Source of the DNA: Bacteroidales bacterium
GTDB taxonomy: Bacteria; Bacteroidota; Bacteroidia; Bacteroidales; P3
Length of the DNA: 64,000 nucleotides
Direction: 5' to 3'
NCBI GenBank assembly: GCA_016283745.1
Contig: JAEENM010000147.1
Span: 23,079 to 87,078, forward strand
The notes under the pieces were generated by a model. It did not search any database and was not told the origin of the DNA. It worked only from the letters and a program-made list of their open reading frames with translations. A program made the translations under genes and the position numbers. This document shows, piece after piece, positions 35,816-42,820 of the stretch. How positions within the stretch are numbered: the first letter of the stretch is position 1; each line of letters starts with the position of its first letter.

Positions 35816-35950
35816 TCGCAGGGGGGAGAGTTGAACTCCCTAATGGCCAAATTTTCGGAATGCTCCACCGTGTCCTAAGCTTTTTAATTCCTTAACGGTG
35901 TGGATGAACTATCTTCTTGCGGCCTATCCGATTAACCGCCTATCCCTGCG
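35816..35950 (-). ncRNA. tRNA-like element 2 (same layout as element 1 with a long hairpin in place of the anticodon arm)
   Basis: Minus strand: CGCAGGG-ATAG-GCGG(TTAATCGGATAGG)CCGC-A-...TCCACACCGT..ACGGTGGA...-GGGAG-TTCAACT-CTCCC-CCCTGCG-A. T-arm at 35824-35840, acceptor strands at 35817-35823 and 35944-35950. Confidence 0.4.
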
Positions 35951-36084
35951 ATATGGGGTGCGGGTAAAGTGTCGCAATATTTGAAAAACGATATGTAGAA
36001 AAAAAGTGGATAAAACCCGCACCCAGCTACTGAATGGAAGAACTCAACCCTTTGCATCCGTGGGGTTTGACACGGGGTCTTGTC

Positions 36085-37059
36085 TTATTTCAAAAGAAAC
36101 GTCCTGCTACCTGCCGAAACCTTGCTGCAATTGGCATATATTTCGGGATATTCGGCTTTCAGTTTTTTGCTGTCCACGCTGGTACGTCCGGCTGTGGTCT
36201 TGAAGGTGGCAAGCACTTTGCCGTCCGGGGACACCATCGCTTCTTCGTCGGTAAACTGGCTTTTGATTTTGTCCGAAAGTTGTTCGATTTCTTCTTCCAG
36301 CTCTTTTTTGGTCTGCTTGATTTCCTTGAGCTGTTCCAAGTCCTTAATAGTTTCCGCATTGGCAGTGATAGTCTTGCCTTGTATGCTGTTGGGGTAGAGA
36401 GCCACAACGTCGGAGGCGTTCACCGGAGCGGGATTGTTGCCGTCCAATATGCAGTTCTGCCAAAACTCGCGGCACACCTCGACGGCTGCGTTAAAGATTT
36501 CTTCGTTAAATTCAAACCTGCGGTAGCCGAAGCCGTCGGCGGACGTTAGCACGTCCCAAGCGATGTAACCCTCTTTGAAACCGCTAATTCCTAATTGCAC
36601 CTGCAACTGGAAAATCCACGACACGGGCAGGTCCTCGGGGTCTATGGGGCGGCGTGTGGTCTTGCATTCGAGAATACCCTTGTTGGCCTCGGCGTTCTTG
36701 CCGTGCTTCATGCCGTTTTCATCAATCCAATAAGTGCGGTCGGGCGAAGCATGCATAAATGGAATATCCTCGCGGCGCAGCAGGTATTCGGCACTGCTGG
36801 ACTTTATTATCTGTTTGCCGGTCTGCCATGCAAAGAGGTCGGCAACACCCTGCTCATACGCATGGCCGCGCATCATAGCCAAACTTTGGCTGAAATCAAA
36901 CTCGCCGTTTCTCTCTGCTCTAATACGTTGTGCCAGTTCATAGGGAGTTGTAAAGTGGTTTTCGCCTATCAGAATACCCACGGCACTTGCGCCTATGGAG
37001 TTTGCGCGTTCCTTGCGCCACTCCTCGTTGGTTTTGAAGGTGAGTTTTACGGTTTTCAT
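36085..37059 (-). CDS. YqaJ-type viral recombinase exonuclease (324 aa)
   Basis: SIGASAVGILIG...TPYEL, RGHAYEQ, ASPDRT, GILECKTT and FQLQVQL are the YqaJ/lambda-Exo-like PD-(D/E)xK signatures. Confidence 0.85.
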   Translation of the reverse strand: MKTVKLTFKTNEEWRKERANSIGASAVGILIGENHFTTPYELAQRIRAERNGEFDFSQSLAMMRGHAYEQGVADLFAWQTGKQIIKSSSAEYLLRREDIPFMHASPDRTYWIDENGMKHGKNAEANKGILECKTTRRPIDPEDLPVSWIFQLQVQLGISGFKEGYIAWDVLTSADGFGYRRFEFNEEIFNAAVEVCREFWQNCILDGNNPAPVNASDVVALYPNSIQGKTITANAETIKDLEQLKEIKQTKKELEEEIEQLSDKIKSQFTDEEAMVSPDGKVLATFKTTAGRTSVDSKKLKAEYPEIYANCSKVSAGSRTFLLK

Positions 37060-38042
37060 TGTTCACCTCCTTCTTCTTCGTTCACTTCCACATTGTTCAT
37101 CATTTCGTCAAGCTGTTCGTCGCTCATCTTGGAAATGTCTATCTGCTGGGGTTGTTCCGTTTGCTGTGGTTGTTCGTGTTCCACGGGGTTGGTCTGCTGT
37201 ACCTCGGGGGCTTGTTCCTGCACCATGCCTTTGCGTTTGTTAAGGATAGCCTTTGCGCGTTCGGCGGCGGTGGTGGGCTGTGCCTCGGGCTTTTCGGTCT
37301 TAACCACCTGCGGAAACTCGTCCTGCACGTTGATAGCACCGTCTTTGAGGGCATTGCCTATACCCACAAGGCTGACAAGCATGTCCGATGTGATTTCGCC
37401 CACATTGCTAATCTTCATTTTTTCGCAAATCATTTCGGCTGTTACACCGTATTTGGCGAAAGCCTTTACCACTTTCTGCACACGGTCGCGCAGGTCGTTC
37501 TTGGCGGCGCCCTTCACATATTCCTTGCACATTTCGACGAGCTTGTTGATGTATGCTTTCGGCACGACGTTGTATATGGCGTTGCGACGTGCCACCGACG
37601 AGGCGGCGTTGATAGTCATTACCTGCATGTCGGGCGAATAAGTCTTGCCGTATTTGGTTACTATGCTACGCACCTGCTGCTGGCAGCTGGCCACGTTGCT
37701 TTCGAGGTCGTGGGCCACTGCCTCTACTGTTACCATACGTCCGTCGTTAGCCACAACACGGGTTGCGAAACGCAGGTTGCCCCAACAGGTGGCGGCTATC
37801 TCCGCAAGGCGTATGCTCGGCCCCTCAATTATTGTGCCTTGGCGTTCGAGGTGGTAGAAGCAATCGGCGGCTGTTTCTTCGTCCATAAGGGCAAGGACTT
37901 TCATGTTTTCAAGACTTTGTTTTACGTTGCGCGGAAACTTGTGCGCTGTGGCAATTTGCTGGTCTATTTCGGCGGCTGTTACCGCTTGCAGGCTCTCGGC
38001 ACTGCTAATAATTGAAATTTGGTTGGTGTTTTGTTCTTCCAT
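37056..38042 (-). CDS. Single-strand annealing protein (RecT/Red-beta-type) (328 aa)
   Basis: Immediately upstream of and overlapping the YqaJ exonuclease gene. Core region EGPSIRLAEIAATCWGNLRFATRVV...VTVEAVAHDLESN. Family assigned by position and eye only. Confidence 0.65.
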   Translation of the reverse strand: MEEQNTNQISIISSAESLQAVTAAEIDQQIATAHKFPRNVKQSLENMKVLALMDEETAADCFYHLERQGTIIEGPSIRLAEIAATCWGNLRFATRVVANDGRMVTVEAVAHDLESNVASCQQQVRSIVTKYGKTYSPDMQVMTINAASSVARRNAIYNVVPKAYINKLVEMCKEYVKGAAKNDLRDRVQKVVKAFAKYGVTAEMICEKMKISNVGEITSDMLVSLVGIGNALKDGAINVQDEFPQVVKTEKPEAQPTTAAERAKAILNKRKGMVQEQAPEVQQTNPVEHEQPQQTEQPQQIDISKMSDEQLDEMMNNVEVNEEEGGEQ

Positions 38043-38062
38043 TTTTTTGTTGTTTAAAAGGG

Positions 38063-38215
38063 TTATTGTTCTGTTACTACATCTTCCAACAGTATGTTGA
38101 TACCGTTTTCTTTGAGGTGGTTTACCAGACCGCTGACGGTCTCGAAACTCTGTTTTTCTCCGGTGGCTTGCACCAGTACGGCTGTGCCGTTTTTCTTAAA
38201 AATTACTTTTGCCAT
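38063..38215 (-). CDS. Possible small protein (50 aa)
   Basis: My own translation: MAKVIFKKNGTAVLVQATGEKQSFETVSGLVNHLKENGINILLEDVVTEQ. Fills the gap between neighbours. Below the track cutoff. Confidence 0.4.
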   Translation of the reverse strand: MAKVIFKKNGTAVLVQATGEKQSFETVSGLVNHLKENGINILLEDVVTEQ

Positions 38216-38264
38216 AGTCTTAATGTTTTATTGATTGTTAACTCCATGATTTGTGTTGTGTTTT

Positions 38265-38924
38265 TTATGAGATTTGTTTTTTTAATTCTTTGATTGTGTC
38301 GGCTCCGTAGCTGGTCTCTGTTAATGCGACGAATTCGGCAATTGTGAAGCTGTCATTTTCAATGTCGATGTTGTGTTGCTGCACGAATTGGTCGCGTCCG
38401 AAGCGGCAGCTGCCTGTGAGGATGCCGTGCCATTGATACAAGTCTTTGGCTGGTATTTTCTCACCTTGTTTGAATTTTTTGAGAAATTCTGCGATACGCT
38501 CTGCCGTGGGCTTACTTTCGAAGGCCTTGGCCATTGCATCCTGCATCGCTTCGTGTGCGGTCTCGCCGTGGGCAAAAAAACCATCGAATTTGGCGACATA
38601 GCACGGTACCAAGATGCTGTTATCTTTGATGGTGGAGGCTTTTGCGATGTTGCCCTTGATGGCGTGTATCACCGTGGGGGTGTCATCAATTTCCCACACC
38701 TTTTCTCCGTTGATTTCTTTTATGCCGTCACCGTAACCGGAACCGTAACCGGAACCGTCACCGTAACCGTAACCGGAACCGTAACCGGAACCGTCACCGT
38801 AACCGGAACCGGAACCGTCACCGGAACCGTCACCGGAACCGGAACCGGAACCGGAACCGTAACCGTCACCGTCACCGTCACCGTTGCTCAGCCACTTTTC
38901 GATTTCTATCTCTATCGTGTCCAT
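38265..38924 (-). CDS. Phage protein with an N-terminal G-[DSY] low-complexity array and a conserved C-domain (219 aa)
   Basis: Track ORF, NGDGDGDGYGSGSGSGSGDGSGDGSGSGYGDGSGYGSGYGYGDGSGYGSGYGDG followed by IKEINGEKVWEIDDTPTVIHAIKGNIAKA...CYVAKFDGFFAHGET. Confidence 0.7.
   Translation of the reverse strand: MDTIEIEIEKWLSNGDGDGDGYGSGSGSGSGDGSGDGSGSGYGDGSGYGSGYGYGDGSGYGSGYGDGIKEINGEKVWEIDDTPTVIHAIKGNIAKASTIKDNSILVPCYVAKFDGFFAHGETAHEAMQDAMAKAFESKPTAERIAEFLKKFKQGEKIPAKDLYQWHGILTGSCRFGRDQFVQQHNIDIENDSFTIAEFVALTETSYGADTIKELKKQIS
38724..38884. repeat. Hexanucleotide-phased repeat (ACCG[GT][AT]A-type, about 27 units) encoding the G-D/S/Y array
   Basis: Read directly: gccgtcaccgtaaccggaaccgtaaccggaaccgtcacc.... 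Confidence 0.85.
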
Positions 38925-39211
38925 GTCGGCTGGCTGTTTAAGTTCTCGATGGCTTTTACTGTGAGTGGCATAATCTGGCAGACATCTGTAAGTATAAGGC
39001 TGTCAATCGTGCGGCTGATTTTGTCGCCTGTCACCCCGTGGTCTGCAATGTCTGCGAGGCAGTTGGCTCCCGTCCAATGCCAGATGTTTCGGGCGTTGGC
39101 GAGTTTCACCTCACTGCCCTCTTTTCCTTCTAATGTGCCAAAATAGACACCGGCGGCGTAGCTTCTCACTATCACCATTTTTCCTTTTAATTCTTCTGTT
39201 AATTTATCCAT
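38912..39211 (-). CDS. Hypothetical phage protein (99 aa)
   Basis: Track ORF. Confidence 0.6.
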   Translation of the reverse strand: MDKLTEELKGKMVIVRSYAAGVYFGTLEGKEGSEVKLANARNIWHWTGANCLADIADHGVTGDKISRTIDSLILTDVCQIMPLTVKAIENLNSQPTWTR

Positions 39212-39247
39212 TGTTTTTTTGTTTGTTGGTTTTTATTAAATGTATTT

Positions 39248-39502
39248 CTATTGCAGTAGTGATTTGCGTACAAAGAGCAACTGTCCCTGCTTGTTGTCGC
39301 CTTTTTTGATATGCGGGTAGCGGTCGGCAACCTTCCGCATACGGTCAGCGGATATGCCGAGTATCTTGGCCGCCTCTGCCGTGGTTACCATTTCGGGGAG
39401 CTGCTGTTGTTCCGAAAACTCTTTCATGTCTCTGCGAAGCAGTATGTGCAGTTTATGCACAATTTCGTCCACTTGTCTTTGGGGTAGTGTTATTTCCATC
39501 AT
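39248..39502 (-). CDS. Excisionase/MerR-type HTH DNA-binding protein (84 aa)
   Basis: MVTTAEAAKILGISADRMRKVADRYPHIKKG matches the excisionase-family HTH pattern. Confidence 0.65.
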   Translation of the reverse strand: MMEITLPQRQVDEIVHKLHILLRRDMKEFSEQQQLPEMVTTAEAAKILGISADRMRKVADRYPHIKKGDNKQGQLLFVRKSLLQ

Positions 39503-39690
39503 TCGGCGTTTTCGGAGGTTACTTCTGCCGATTTGGCAGACTGGTATATTTTTTGAACCGTAGGGTAGGACAGCGAAAACTTTTCCACTGCCTTCCAGTA
39601 GGCGTTAGTCAGTCCCAGTTTTTGACGTTGCTTATCAATATAGGCAACCATTTTTTTGTCTCTGGCTTGACGCCATTTTGTATTTTCCAT
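39499..39690 (-). CDS. Cro-like small HTH protein, first gene of the early leftward operon (63 aa)
   Basis: Track ORF. FSLSYPTVQKIYQS is HTH-like. Divergent from the CI-like repressor. Confidence 0.5.
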   Translation of the reverse strand: MENTKWRQARDKKMVAYIDKQRQKLGLTNAYWKAVEKFSLSYPTVQKIYQSAKSAEVTSENAE

Positions 39691-39821
39691 TTTTTTTAAT
39701 ATATTTGTTGTTGGTTTTGCAATTAATTTCTTTGCAAAGTTAGATAAAAATATCTAAACCACCAAATAAATTTTGATATTTTTATCAAAATAATTTGCAA
39801 AACGTTGTTAGTTAAATATTT
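39691..39821. promoter_or_regulatory. Immunity switch region with two palindromic operator candidates
   Basis: TAGATAAAAATATCTA (39741-39756) and TTGATATTTTTATCAA (39773-39788). The inner 12-mers GATAAAAATATC and GATATTTTTATC are exact reverse complements. Minus-strand -7 box TAACTTTG (plus caaagtta, about 39735-39742). Confidence 0.6.
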
Positions 39822-40265
39822 ATGAATAAAAAAAATATTGGTATAAATAGCAAATCAGGGGGTGAAAATGACGAAATTAGTATAAGAATTAGTCAAATTC
39901 GCCAATATTTTTGCGAAAATATAAATCGTTTATTTTCGACAAAAACGGGTATTGATGAAGCCACAAGTGCAAAAATTTGCAGCGGAACTCGTGGAGTAGG
40001 TGCTAATATTTTAGAAAAAATTGTCAAAGCCTTTCCAAGTGTTGATGCCCGGTGGCTGATTACCGGCGAGGGTGAAATGTTGTATCAAACGACAAACCAA
40101 GTAAAAGATACTGCTATTGTTGATTATCTTGACAAAAAATTGCAGGAAAAAACAGAGGAGTGTGTACGTCTGAAATTGGAACTTGAAGCGATAAAAGAAT
40201 ATGCGGCCAAATATGCCGAAAAAGGGGAGGCGTATTCTGGTACTACTACCCTTATGGAAAAATAA
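39822..40265 (+). CDS. Phage CI-type repressor (147 aa)
   Basis: KIVKAFPSVDARWLITGEGEM is the signature of the phage CI-repressor HTH family. C-terminal coiled-coil-like tail. Confidence 0.75.
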   Translation: MNKKNIGINSKSGGENDEISIRISQIRQYFCENINRLFSTKTGIDEATSAKICSGTRGVGANILEKIVKAFPSVDARWLITGEGEMLYQTTNQVKDTAIVDYLDKKLQEKTEECVRLKLELEAIKEYAAKYAEKGEAYSGTTTLMEK

Positions 40266-40282
40266 ATATATTGTTGTGAAAA

Positions 40283-40789
40283 ATGGAGACAATTAAATAT
40301 TTTCTATTTATATTAGGAGTTTGTTTAATAATTTGGCTAATCCCAAACTTACTCAACAACAAGGTTGGCGATGATGAAATTTGGTGGGAATTTCATGAAC
40401 TTTCAGACGGTTCAGAGATAAGAATAATACACTCACCGAAATGTGATGCTAAAAAGCCCTTTATAGCGTGGAATGTGCAATGCGATATTCTTGATTATGA
40501 AAAACTAAAATATGATGTATATGATTTTTGCATACTCGAAGAAGACGCTGATATGCTTAATGCTATCAGTTATAGAAACATCAAATATGTAATGGAAAGA
40601 CAATGGATTTTTGCGGAAGATGAAACTGATTACGAGTTATGCAAACTACACGAAAAAATGTGGGACACGACTTTTAGGAAATACGAGGTGTCTTTTTCGC
40701 TGAAAGAAGGTGGACTTGTACCACAAGATGATAATGGAATAATTATCTGTGGATATGATTATGATAAACGTATAGGTAAAAACAACTAA
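40283..40789 (+). CDS. AT-rich membrane-anchored hypothetical protein downstream of the repressor (168 aa)
   Basis: Track ORF, N-terminal TM helix YFLFILGVCLIIWLIPNLL. Confidence 0.6.
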   Translation: METIKYFLFILGVCLIIWLIPNLLNNKVGDDEIWWEFHELSDGSEIRIIHSPKCDAKKPFIAWNVQCDILDYEKLKYDVYDFCILEEDADMLNAISYRNIKYVMERQWIFAEDETDYELCKLHEKMWDTTFRKYEVSFSLKEGGLVPQDDNGIIICGYDYDKRIGKNN

Positions 40790-40793
40790 CAAT

Positions 40794-41042
40794 ATGAAAA
40801 AAGCAATCTTTTTAATCACGTGTTTGTTGTTGGGGCAGGCGTTCGTGGCCCAGCCTGCGGGAACAACGTCAAACGATGAAACGCAGGTGTATATATGCAC
40901 CGGCCCCAGTTCAAAGAGATACCACCGCACAAGCACCTGCAAGGGCCTTGTAAAATGCAGCAAGGAAGAGAAAAAAGTCACCAAGTCCTACGCCGAAAGC
41001 AAAGGCAAGACACCCTGCAAGATGTGTTATAAGCGAAAATAA
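40794..41042 (+). CDS. Small secreted Cys-containing protein (82 aa)
   Basis: Signal peptide MKKAIFLITCLLLGQAFVAQ, then C..RYH....C.GL..C ... C..C. Confidence 0.6.
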   Translation: MKKAIFLITCLLLGQAFVAQPAGTTSNDETQVYICTGPSSKRYHRTSTCKGLVKCSKEEKKVTKSYAESKGKTPCKMCYKRK

Positions 41043-41085
41043 ATTTACGAAAACGAAAATATATTTATGAAGGGGTTTTATTCGG

Positions 41086-41247
41086 TTATTTAGGGCAAGG
41101 TATGAATTTGGCATTTATGTTGTGCAGTTCAAAAAAGTCCTGCGGCTGTCCGTCGTATTCAGACCATTGTTTCTCAAACTCTTCGGGTGTCATCCCCGTG
41201 GCCTTTAATTCATTTACATCTATTAAAACAACTCCTTTTGGTTTCAT
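41086..41247 (-). CDS. Possible small protein (53 aa)
   Basis: My own translation: MKPKGVVLIDVNELKATGMTPEEFEKQWSEYDGQPQDFFELHNINAKFIPCPK. Below the track cutoff. Confidence 0.3.
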   Translation of the reverse strand: MKPKGVVLIDVNELKATGMTPEEFEKQWSEYDGQPQDFFELHNINAKFIPCPK

Positions 41248-41311
41248 AACAGATTATTTTAGAACTGCAAAAGTATAAATAAATTTTCAATTATGCAAAT
41301 ATATTTACGAT

Positions 41312-41638
41312 ATGAGTACAATTAAGGATAGAATAATGCAGGTGGTGTTGTACCACAACAAGCCAGTGGAGCGCACTTTCAAGGAGCTTGGCGTTACGTC
41401 GGCCAACTTCCGCGGCCGTGCAAAGACAACGCCCGTGAACTCGGATGTTATTGCCAACCTCTACGCCATGTTCCCGGACATAAACCTCGAATGGCTTTTC
41501 ACCGGCGAGGGACAGATGCTGAAAACCGACACGGAACAGAACACCCTGCTCCTCGACCGCTACACCGAACTTGTGCGCGAGAACGAGCGTCTGCGTATGC
41601 AGTTAAGTAATACCAATGTAATACCAAACGGCCAATAA
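41312..41638 (+). CDS. Second phage CI-type repressor-like HTH protein (108 aa)
   Basis: LYAMFPDINLEWLFTGEGQM carries the same family signature as 39822..40265. Confidence 0.7.
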   Translation: MSTIKDRIMQVVLYHNKPVERTFKELGVTSANFRGRAKTTPVNSDVIANLYAMFPDINLEWLFTGEGQMLKTDTEQNTLLLDRYTELVRENERLRMQLSNTNVIPNGQ

Positions 41639-41714
41639 CAAAGTGCAAAATGTTGAGACACAACCGTATAAATAGCGTTCAATATCCCTCTCTTTCCGCC
41701 AATCATTAAGGCAG

Positions 41715-41748
41715 TCCGGTTTTCAAAACGAAAATCGGATTTTTTTTA
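41715..41748 (+). terminator. Rho-independent terminator
   Basis: TCCGGTTTTC-AAAAC-GAAAATCGGA followed by T8. Confidence 0.7.
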
Positions 41749-41926
41749 CGCATAACTATCTGGCATTCAAATATATTGTAAGTATTTTTTCAAAAATATT
41801 TGTTTTTTTTTAAATAATTTCCTAACTTTGCAGTGTGTTTTGTGGAAGGCGAGTGCTGTTTTTTGTTCGACCTTTCCACGGCACAAGGTAGAAATAGCAA
41901 ACATCTGATTTAAAAACTTTTGGCTT

Positions 41927-42553
41927 GTGAAAAAAACAATTATCCTTTTCTTTGCATTGGCAATGGGTTTGCAGTTTGCGGCCGCACAAACAACGTTCAA
42001 CATCACTTGGAGAGTTTCACCAAATAGATGTGGTCGTATCACAGATATGAGTGATTATGCCGATGTTACGGGGCTAACAGTGTCGAAACCACAAGGCTCA
42101 ACATCGACATTTGCTATTGAAGAACTTGGAATGAATGGAATTTATCAACTAACCGTGGATGGAGTTGATGTTGATTTTTATAATGATACGAATTTTGCAA
42201 TCGCCCAAGGTTACTACACGTATACTGTTGCCAATCTCCAACATGACGTTGTTTGCGTTGCGCATTTCTGGCCTGGAGAACCGCCAGACGAGGCTGTTAA
42301 CGATGTTAGCGCGTCTAAAATAACCATTTACCCCAACCCCGCAGCCTCTTTCGCCACCCTCACTATAGAAGGTGCCAACGGCGAAGTGGATTACTCCCTT
42401 ATCGACCTCAGCGGTCGCATTATACGTCACAAGACTGTCAACGCCGAATCCGCCGAGCGCATCGACCTCCACGGCCTTGCCAGCGGCACATATTTCGTAC
42501 GCGTGACCAACGAAAATTTCTCGAAAGTGGAGAAACTGGTAATTAGTAGTTAG
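41927..42553 (+). CDS. Secreted protein with a T9SS (Por) C-terminal sorting domain (208 aa)
   Basis: Signal peptide MKKTIILFFALAMGLQFAAAQ. C-terminus ITIYPNPAASFATLTIEG...IDLSGRII...LASGTYFVRVTNENFSKVEKLVI is a typical T9SS CTD. Confidence 0.8.
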   Translation: MKKTIILFFALAMGLQFAAAQTTFNITWRVSPNRCGRITDMSDYADVTGLTVSKPQGSTSTFAIEELGMNGIYQLTVDGVDVDFYNDTNFAIAQGYYTYTVANLQHDVVCVAHFWPGEPPDEAVNDVSASKITIYPNPAASFATLTIEGANGEVDYSLIDLSGRIIRHKTVNAESAERIDLHGLASGTYFVRVTNENFSKVEKLVISS

Positions 42554-42575
42554 TAATTAGTAATTGATAATTAGT
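42541..42575 (+). repeat. Heptamer-phased tract (AATTAGT-type x5) spanning the stop of the T9SS-CTD gene
   Basis: aattagt|agttagt|aattagt|aattgat|aattagt, counted directly. Encodes the ...VISS* end of the gene. Confidence 0.8.
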
Positions 42576-42576
42576 T

Positions 42577-42606
42577 GCGGCTGATAATCAATAGATTATC
42601 AGCCGC
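42577..42606 (+). terminator. 12-bp perfect hairpin after the T9SS-CTD gene (no clear T-run)
   Basis: GCGGCTGATAAT-CAATAG-ATTATCAGCCGC. Confidence 0.45.
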
Positions 42607-42619
42607 AAACTTTTAATTA

Positions 42620-42647
42620 TATACTATAAACTGTAAACTATAAACTA
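42620..42647 (+). repeat. Heptamer-phased tract (TAAACTR x4)
   Basis: tatacta|taaactg|taaacta|taaacta. Confidence 0.75.
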
Positions 42648-42820
42648 ATTTTCAGTGGCTTTTTTCTGATTTGTTGAAAACTTGGTGAGGTTAACAATAT
42701 ATTTTTCAAAAAAAAACTGTATTTTTGCAAAATACCTATTTGTGTAAAAATGTAATGCAGATAGAAAAATAGTTAGTAGAGTAGATTGTTACAATGTTGA
42801 TATAAAGATAATTAGCGCAC

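Larger units (their letters stand above)
1..41750. mobile_element. Prophage / temperate phage genome segment (left end outside window, right boundary approximate, no integrase seen in window)
   Basis: Contiguous phage-type modules: CI-like/Cro-like switch, RecT-type annealase + YqaJ exonuclease + NinB, O-like initiator with iterons, methyltransferases, VRR-NUC, giant polyvalent ORF, portal-like gene. Tight minus-strand packing with ATGA overlaps. Confidence 0.7.

Noticed and set aside
35642-35950. Calling the two T-loop-containing elements ordinary tRNA genes or a tmRNA
   Set aside because: I could not fold a 5-bp anticodon stem with a 7-nt loop. Four nucleotides rather than two separate the acceptor and D stems, the 5' base is C and there is no CCA. 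A tmRNA is unlikely because the acceptor partners are only 81 and 135 nt apart and there is no tag-ORF-like segment. The elements are kept as tRNA-like ncRNA candidates only.
38373-39146. Plus-strand ORF with TVTGTVTG repeats
   Set aside because: It is the antisense reading of the hexanucleotide repeat. The minus strand has a coherent gene with a globular C-domain.
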